A stretch of 32,000 nucleotides of DNA from the NCBI RefSeq assembly GCF_014252415.1, contig NZ_CP059223.1:240001-272000 (forward strand), read 5' to 3'. Every line of letters starts with the position of its first letter. The first letter of the stretch is position 1. This DNA is from Candidatus Saccharimonadota bacterium. GTDB taxonomy: Bacteria > Bacteroidota > Bacteroidia > Flavobacteriales > Blattabacteriaceae. Position numbers and translations under genes: made by a program. The notes under the pieces were generated by a model that worked only from the letters and a program-made list of their open reading frames with translations, did not search any database and was not told the DNA's origin. Positions 26,562 to 32,000 of this stretch are shown in pieces.

Positions 26562-26632
26562 AGACCCGTTGTGTAATGGAAGCACAGCAGATTTTGATTC
26601 TGTCAGTTAGGGTTCGAATCCCTACGGGTCTG
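26562..26632 (+). tRNA. tRNA-Gln (anticodon UUG)
   Basis: Hand-folded cloverleaf. Acceptor AGACCCG/CGGGTCT; D stem GTGT/GCAC; anticodon stem GCAGA/TCTGT with loop TT-TTG-AT; 4-nt variable loop; T arm TAGGG-TTCGAAT-CCCTA; discriminator G. CCA is not encoded. It forms a local GC-rich island in AT-rich spacer. Confidence 0.85.
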
Positions 26633-26700
26633 TTAGCATTATTCATATTTTTTCATATTTTTACATTTCAAACAATAATTAATTTAAGTATTTTTTTTTA

Positions 26701-28089
26701 ATGAAAATAAAAAAAATAAAATATAAAATTTTAATTATAGCTTTTTTAAGCGTTTTAATTTGTATAGGAGTTCATTTATTTAAATCTTTTTTAGGTGTTA
26801 ACAATTCAATTTTATGTGTATTAAGATGTTTTGTTATTTCTATGTTTTTATTATATGCTTTATTAAAAAGGGATTTGACTACTTGGATTTTATTGTCTAT
26901 TATAATAGGGATAGAAATAGGAATAGATCTACCTAAAATTGCTGTACAATTAAGATTTTTATCTCAGATATTTTTGAGGTTAATAAAAACTATTATTGCC
27001 CCAATATTATTTTCAACTTTAGTAGTAGGTATCGCTAGTCATTCTAATATTAAACAATTAGGAAGTATGGGGTGGAAATCATTGTTATATTTTGAAGTGG
27101 TTACTACTTTAGCATTATTTATTGGACTTATTGCTATAAACTTATCTAAAGCTGGAGTAGGGATTATTATTCCTAATGGAATTAATGACCAACAATTACC
27201 AAAAGTTGAAAGTAGAACTTGGCAAGAAATGATATTACATATTTTTCCTGAAAATTTTATAAAATCTATATATCATGGAGATGTTTTACCTATTGTAGTA
27301 TTTTCAGTAATATTTGGAGTTTCTATGGTTTTTATAGAAGAAAAAAAAAGGAATATAATTATTTCTTTTGCAGAAAGTTTATCGGAAATTATGTTTAAAT
27401 TTACTAAAATTATTATGTATTTTGCTCCTATAGGAGTAGGGGCAGCTATTTCTTATACAATAGGACATATGGGATTGGAAATCCTATATAATTTAGGACA
27501 ATTGTTATTAACTTTATACTTTGCATTATTTATATTTTTAATACTAGTTTTACTTCCTATTTTAATGTGGATTAAAGTCCCATTGAAAGGGTTTATAAAA
27601 GCTTTAGCAGAACCTGTTTCATTAGCATTTGCTACTACAAGTTCCGAATCAGCTTTACCATTACTTATGGAAAATTTAGAAAAATTAGGAGTTCCGAAAA
27701 AAATAATTGCTTTTGTGATACCAACTGGATATAGTTTTAATTTAGATGGAACAACTCTTTATTTATCTTTAGCTACCGTTTTTGTAGCACAAGCAGCTGG
27801 TATCCATTTAAGTTTTAGTCAACAAATATTTATTGGTTTAACTTTAATTTTAACTAGTAAAGGTGTAGCGGGGGTACCTAGAGCATCTCTAGTAATACTT
27901 TTAGCAACTGTAGCTTCTTTTGGGTTACCAAATTGGCCAATATTAGCTATAATAGGAATTGATGAATTAATGGATATGGCTAGAACTACTGTTAACGTTA
28001 TAGGTAATGGATTAGCTAGTTGTGTTATTGCTAGATCTGAAGGTGAATTAGATGATAAAAAAATGTTAGATTATACTAAAGATTTGTAA
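26701..28089 (+). CDS. gltP: Dicarboxylate/amino acid:cation symporter (GltP-type glutamate/aspartate transporter)
   Basis: 462 aa polytopic protein with DAACS family blocks TTSSESALPLL, PTGYSFNLDGTTLY, DMARTTVNVIGNG. Confidence 0.85.
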   Translation: MKIKKIKYKILIIAFLSVLICIGVHLFKSFLGVNNSILCVLRCFVISMFLLYALLKRDLTTWILLSIIIGIEIGIDLPKIAVQLRFLSQIFLRLIKTIIAPILFSTLVVGIASHSNIKQLGSMGWKSLLYFEVVTTLALFIGLIAINLSKAGVGIIIPNGINDQQLPKVESRTWQEMILHIFPENFIKSIYHGDVLPIVVFSVIFGVSMVFIEEKKRNIIISFAESLSEIMFKFTKIIMYFAPIGVGAAISYTIGHMGLEILYNLGQLLLTLYFALFIFLILVLLPILMWIKVPLKGFIKALAEPVSLAFATTSSESALPLLMENLEKLGVPKKIIAFVIPTGYSFNLDGTTLYLSLATVFVAQAAGIHLSFSQQIFIGLTLILTSKGVAGVPRASLVILLATVASFGLPNWPILAIIGIDELMDMARTTVNVIGNGLASCVIARSEGELDDKKMLDYTKDL

Positions 28090-29172
28090 TTGATTTTGAA
28101 TGAAAATGATTTTATTTATAAAAATAAAAATAACTTTATAAGAAAAATAGAAAAGAAAGGAATAATTGAAAAGAATGGTTATTCAAATATTGCTTTGATT
28201 AAATATTGGGGTAAAAAAAAAAATTTGGAACAAATTCCTTCTAATTCATCTATAAGTTATATGTTAGCGAATCTTTATACAAGAACAAGATTGATTTATG
28301 AAATTAATAAAAAAAATGATAATCCTTCTATTGAATTTTATTTTCATAGAAAAAAAAACAATTTTTTTTATCTGAAAATAAAAAATTTTTTTAGAAAAAT
28401 TTTAATTTATTGTTCTTATTTAAAAAATTTTAATTTTATTATAGAAACATATTCTAATTTTCCTCATAGTAGCGGTATAGGGTCATCAGCCTCATCTATG
28501 AGTTCTATTGCTTTATGTATTATGGAAATAGAAAGAAGAATATCATTTTTAACTACAAATTTTTTTTTAAAGAAATCGTCTTTTTTATCTAGATTAGGAT
28601 CTGGTAGTGCCTGCCGATCTATTTATCCAGGATTATCTATTTGGGGCGTTCATAAGTCAATAAAAGAAAGTAACGATCTTTATTCTATTCCATATCCTTA
28701 CATGGTACATAAAATTTTTAAAAAAATAGAAAATACTATCTTAGTAATAGATGAAAAACCTAAAAGTATATCAAGTTCAAAAGGTCATGAATTGATGAAT
28801 AAACATCCATACGCTAAAAATAGATTTAAACATGCTAATTATAATATGGATAGACTGATATCTATATTAAAGTTAGGTGATATACAAGAATTTGGTAAAA
28901 TTATAGAACAGGAATCTTTGGATCTTCATGCTATGATCATGACTTCAAATCCTTATTATTTATGGATTAAACCTAATACAATAAATGTTATTCAATCCAT
29001 TTGGGATTTTAGAATACAGACTAAAAAAAATATATATTTTACATTAGATGCTGGAGCTAATATCCATTTATTATATCCATTTATAGATAAAAAAATAATC
29101 TTTAAATGGATTAAAGATAATCTTTCCTTTTATTGTAAAAAAATAATTAAAAGTTTTTGTATATGGGATTAA
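28090..29172 (+). CDS. mvaD: Diphosphomevalonate decarboxylase
   Basis: SNIALIKYWGKK, GHMP-kinase fold motif FPHSSGIGSSASSMSSIAL, GSGSACRS, FTLDAGANIHLL. The only start candidates are TTG 28090 and TTG 28096 (or ATT 28093). There is no in-frame ATG before codon 57 or so. Confidence 0.85.
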   Translation: MILNENDFIYKNKNNFIRKIEKKGIIEKNGYSNIALIKYWGKKKNLEQIPSNSSISYMLANLYTRTRLIYEINKKNDNPSIEFYFHRKKNNFFYLKIKNFFRKILIYCSYLKNFNFIIETYSNFPHSSGIGSSASSMSSIALCIMEIERRISFLTTNFFLKKSSFLSRLGSGSACRSIYPGLSIWGVHKSIKESNDLYSIPYPYMVHKIFKKIENTILVIDEKPKSISSSKGHELMNKHPYAKNRFKHANYNMDRLISILKLGDIQEFGKIIEQESLDLHAMIMTSNPYYLWIKPNTINVIQSIWDFRIQTKKNIYFTLDAGANIHLLYPFIDKKIIFKWIKDNLSFYCKKIIKSFCIWD

Positions 29173-29196
29173 TTATATAATTTTTAGATAATTTAT

Positions 29197-29271
29197 GGTG
29201 AACGTAGCTCAGATGGTTAGAGCATCAGATTGTGGTTCTGAAAGTCGCCGGTTCGAATCCGGTCGTTCACC
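29197..29271 (+). tRNA. tRNA-His (anticodon GUG) with genomically encoded G-1
   Basis: Hand-folded cloverleaf. G(-1) then acceptor GTGAACG/CGTTCAC; D arm GCTC-AGATGGTTA-GAGC; anticodon stem TCAGA/TCTGA with loop TT-GTG-GT; variable loop AAGTC; T arm GCCGG-TTCGAAT-CCGGT; discriminator C, able to pair with G-1. It is followed by CTA, so CCA is not encoded. Confidence 0.9.
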
Positions 29272-29289
29272 CTAAAATGTTTTTAATTA

Positions 29290-30483
29290 TTAATTAACTA
29301 ATTTTTTTAATCTTTTAAAAGCTTTTATTATATTTTTTTCTGATGAAGCGTAAGAAATACGTAAATATTGATCATTACCAAAAGCAAACCCTCCTACAGT
29401 AGATACATAAATTTTATTAAGTAATAATTCAGAAAACTCATATGAATTTTTAATAACTTTTCCTTTTAATTTTTTTCCAAAAAAATTTGAAATTTTTGGA
29501 AAAATATAAAAAGTACCATCAGGTTTATTAAATTGAAAACCATCGATATCTTTCATCATATCTAATACAATATTTCTTCTATTTTCAAAAGACTTTATCA
29601 TATAATTTATATTTAATGGAGAAGAATTTAATGCGGCAATAGCAGCTCTTTGTGCAATAGAATTAGGACAAGAAGTAATTTGACCTTGTATTTTTTCACA
29701 TGATTTTGCAATCCAATTTGGAGCTCCAATATATCCAATTCTCCATCCAGTCATTGAAAATGCCTTAGATAAACCATTTAATGTTATAACTTGATGATAT
29801 ATTTCAGAAAATGATGCAATACTTGTAGTAGAATTATTTTTTAAATAATAAATATATTCATATATTTCATCAGAAAGAATCAATAATTTTGGATATTTTT
29901 TTAAAATGTTTACTAATTGTTTTAATTCATTATAGGAATAAACACTTCCTGTAGGATTACATGGATTATTAAATATAAATAACTTAGTTTTTGGTGTTAT
30001 ATATTCTTCTATTTGTTTTGGATAGATTTTAAAATTATTTTCTATTTGAGTTGGTATAATAATTGGTTTAGATTCACATAGTTTGATCATTTGCAAATAA
30101 CTAACCCAATAGGGAGATGGAATTAATACTTCATCATTTTTATCTAATAAAGAAAATAAAACATTCATTATAGATTGTTTTGCCCCAGTAGATACTACTA
30201 TTTGTGATGGATTGTATTTTATACGATTATCACGATAAAACTTTTTACATATTGTTTCTTTTAAATCATAATATCCAGAAACAGGAGTATAATAATGATG
30301 TCCATCATCAATAGCTTTTTTAGCAGCATCTAATACAAATTTAGGAGGTAAAAAATCAGGCTCACCTATACTAAGATTAACAATATCATACCCCTTATTT
30401 TTCAATTTTCTAGCTTGAGATGACATTGCTATAGTATGTGAATATGATATATTTTTTGAACGATAGGATAATCTATTTTCCAT
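29290..30483 (-). CDS. aspC: Aspartate aminotransferase (class I PLP-dependent aminotransferase)
   Basis: NLSIGEPDF, NNPCNPTG, and the PLP-lysine block LSKAFSMTGWRIGY. I prefer the start at ATG 30481-30483 (MENRLSYRS..., 397 aa). The 46 extra N-terminal codons in the track ORF are low-complexity and run into rsmG. Confidence 0.85.
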   Translation of the reverse strand: MENRLSYRSKNISYSHTIAMSSQARKLKNKGYDIVNLSIGEPDFLPPKFVLDAAKKAIDDGHHYYTPVSGYYDLKETICKKFYRDNRIKYNPSQIVVSTGAKQSIMNVLFSLLDKNDEVLIPSPYWVSYLQMIKLCESKPIIIPTQIENNFKIYPKQIEEYITPKTKLFIFNNPCNPTGSVYSYNELKQLVNILKKYPKLLILSDEIYEYIYYLKNNSTTSIASFSEIYHQVITLNGLSKAFSMTGWRIGYIGAPNWIAKSCEKIQGQITSCPNSIAQRAAIAALNSSPLNINYMIKSFENRRNIVLDMMKDIDGFQFNKPDGTFYIFPKISNFFGKKLKGKVIKNSYEFSELLLNKIYVSTVGGFAFGNDQYLRISYASSEKNIIKAFKRLKKLVN

Positions 30484-30559
30484 AGATATATAGTTTTTTG
30501 AAATTGAATACAAATCTAAATAAATTATAAATTTATAATAAAATTTATAATTTATTTTT

Positions 30560-31189
30560 ATGGATTTGATTAAAAAATATTTTTCAGACCTATCACGTAT
30601 ACAATACAACAAAATAAACAATATGAATCAATTGTATAAATATTGGAATGTATTCGTTAATTTAATTTCTAGAAAGACATTTATTAATAATTCTTTTTAT
30701 CAAAATCATGTATTACTTTGTTTAAGTATAGCAAAAGTATTAAAATTTTTTCATGGATCTACAATAATGGATTTAGGAACAGGTGGTGGGTTTCCTGGAA
30801 TACCTCTTTCTATCATATTTCCTAATTCTAAATTTTTATTAGTAGATTCTATTATGAAAAAAATAAAAATTGTGGAAAAAATAGTTACTCATCTTAATTT
30901 AAATAACGTATATCCAATCTGTATTCGTGCAGAAAAATTAAATATGAAATTTGATTTTGTTGTTAATAGAGGTATTACAAATATTAACATGATAAATAAT
31001 TGGATAAAAAACAAATTTAGGATAAAATCTAATCATAAAATTCAAAATGGATCTTTATATTTAAAAGGAGGAGACGTAACTCATGAAATAAAAAACTTTC
31101 CTAATGCAATAATATATAATTTACATCAATATTTTGACGAACCATTTTTTAAAGAAAAAAAAATTATTTGGATTCCAAATATTTTATAA
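30560..31189 (+). CDS. rsmG: 16S rRNA (guanine527-N7)-methyltransferase RsmG (GidB)
   Basis: SAM-binding MDLGTGGGFPGIPLSI, an N-terminal YWNVFVNLISRK block, and typical length (209 aa). Confidence 0.85.
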   Translation: MDLIKKYFSDLSRIQYNKINNMNQLYKYWNVFVNLISRKTFINNSFYQNHVLLCLSIAKVLKFFHGSTIMDLGTGGGFPGIPLSIIFPNSKFLLVDSIMKKIKIVEKIVTHLNLNNVYPICIRAEKLNMKFDFVVNRGITNINMINNWIKNKFRIKSNHKIQNGSLYLKGGDVTHEIKNFPNAIIYNLHQYFDEPFFKEKKIIWIPNIL

Positions 31190-31192
31190 AAA

Positions 31193-32000
31193 ATGAACCC
31201 TAGAAAAATTTTTATAGAAAAAATAAGAGAAAATGGTGGATGGGTAAATGCTCATACTCATTTAGATAGGGCTTATACATTAACTAATGATAATTTCAAA
31301 TATTCTTATTTTCCTCTTAAAAAAAAATGGTATTTAGTTGATGAAATGAAACGTTTAGCAACAGAAGATGATATTTATTTTCGAATGGAAAAGGCATTAG
31401 AATTTTTTTTAATACAAGGAACCCAAGCTATATGTACATTTATTGATGTAGATGAAATTATTGAAGATCGTGCATTAAAAGCTGCTAAAAAATTAAAAGA
31501 TAATTATGAAAATTATATAAAAATACGTTTTGCAAATCAGGTTCTTAAAGGAGTTTTAAATAAAAGATCAAAATATTGGTTTGATAAATCTATAGATTTT
31601 GTAGATATTATTGGAGGATTACCTGCGAAAGATTATGGTAACGAAGAAAAACATATTGATCTATTATTAAAAACAGCTAAAATTAATGGAAAATTTGTAC
31701 ATGTTCATGTAGATCAATTTAATACTTCTGAAGAAAAAGAAACAGAACAATTAGCAAAAAAAACTATTGAATATGGAATGCAAGGAAAAGTTGTAGCTAT
31801 TCATAGTGTATCTTTGGCTGCCCATAAAAAAAATTATCGATATAATATTTATCAATTAATGAAAAAAGCTAGACTAATGGTAATATCTTGTCCAATTGCA
31901 TGGATTGATCATATAAGAAATGAAAAATTTTCACCTAATCATAATTCTATAACTCCAGTAGACGAAATGATGCCAGAGGGTATTATTGTTGCTTTTGGTA
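31193..32000 (+). CDS. Amidohydrolase-superfamily protein, cytosine-deaminase-like (3' end lies outside the window)
   Basis: Absent from the track because it runs off the window. My translation from ATG 31193 is open to the end: MNPRKIFIEKIRENGGWVNAHTHLDRAYTL...GKFVHVHVDQFN...VVAIHSVSLA.... It carries the metal-binding H.H.D motif and later His residues typical of amidohydrolases such as cytosine deaminase. Confidence 0.55.
   Translation, partial: MNPRKIFIEKIRENGGWVNAHTHLDRAYTLTNDNFKYSYFPLKKKWYLVDEMKRLATEDDIYFRMEKALEFFLIQGTQAICTFIDVDEIIEDRALKAAKKLKDNYENYIKIRFANQVLKGVLNKRSKYWFDKSIDFVDIIGGLPAKDYGNEEKHIDLLLKTAKINGKFVHVHVDQFNTSEEKETEQLAKKTIEYGMQGKVVAIHSVSLAAHKKNYRYNIYQLMKKARLMVISCPIAWIDHIRNEKFSPNHNSITPVDEMMPEGIIVAFG

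Noticed and set aside
28087-28092. gltP-mvaD as a single fused ORF (programmed stop-codon readthrough)
   Set aside because: The shared frame is most simply coincidental. TAA is an efficient stop, the two products are a membrane transporter and a cytosolic enzyme, and I know of no precedent for such a fusion. It is kept only as a caveat in the mvaD start-codon finding.
30484-30621. 46-codon N-terminal extension of aspC that would overlap the rsmG start
   Set aside because: The extension (MFILLYCIRDRSEKYFLIKSIKINYKFYY...) is AT-driven low complexity. The internal ATG at 30483 gives a 397-aa protein of normal aminotransferase length and restores a 76-bp divergent spacer.
1-32000. Alternative genetic code (UGA = Trp), as in some tiny symbiont genomes
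   Set aside because: All conserved genes are full length under the standard code. Trp positions in conserved motifs are TGG, and ruvA terminates at TGA at the expected protein length.
1-32000. CRISPR arrays, transposases/IS elements, prophage, toxin-antitoxin or defence islands, rRNA operons
   Set aside because: Nothing of the kind is visible. There are no spaced direct repeats, no integrase- or transposase-like ORFs, and the largest non-coding stretch is 255 bp.

Overview
By eye the window is roughly 20% G+C, and about 95% of it is coding. I call 31 protein genes and 2 tRNAs, all housekeeping. The content is: the distal dcw cell-wall/division cluster (murD'-ftsW-murG-murC-[gap]-ftsA-ftsZ); other peptidoglycan and lipid-carrier genes (murB, uppP, mvaD); translation and RNA-modification genes (hisS, pheS, rpsP, der, trmD, truB, rlmB, rsmG, tRNA-Gln, tRNA-His); DNA functions (gyrB, ruvA); amino-acid/nitrogen metabolism (argH, aspC, a GltP-type symporter, a cytosine-deaminase-like amidohydrolase); and a few transporters and cofactor genes (PnuC-like, PiT-like, Mrp/ApbC, Sfp-type PPTase). 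Three things suggest a reduced Flavobacteriales insect endosymbiont, most like Blattabacterium: Bacteroidota-type gene families (LuxE-like acyl-protein synthetase, long PiT, YtxH plus a small membrane protein, mevalonate pathway), the lack of Shine-Dalgarno sequences, and the extreme AT and Lys/Asn/Ile bias. That assignment is inference with no database check. The standard code fits: every ORF is full length and ruvA stops at TGA at the expected length. I found no mobile elements, CRISPR, defence islands, secondary-metabolite clusters or large repeats, and no convincing novel multi-gene system. The observations most worth following up are architectural or degenerative. These are an empty ftsQ slot in the dcw cluster, genes with no available ATG start (mvaD sits in frame directly behind the gltP stop), and convergent genes that overlap with no terminator space. 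Others are long coding poly(A) tracts, a drifted FtsZ tail, and a few conserved proteins of unknown function kept in a minimal genome.
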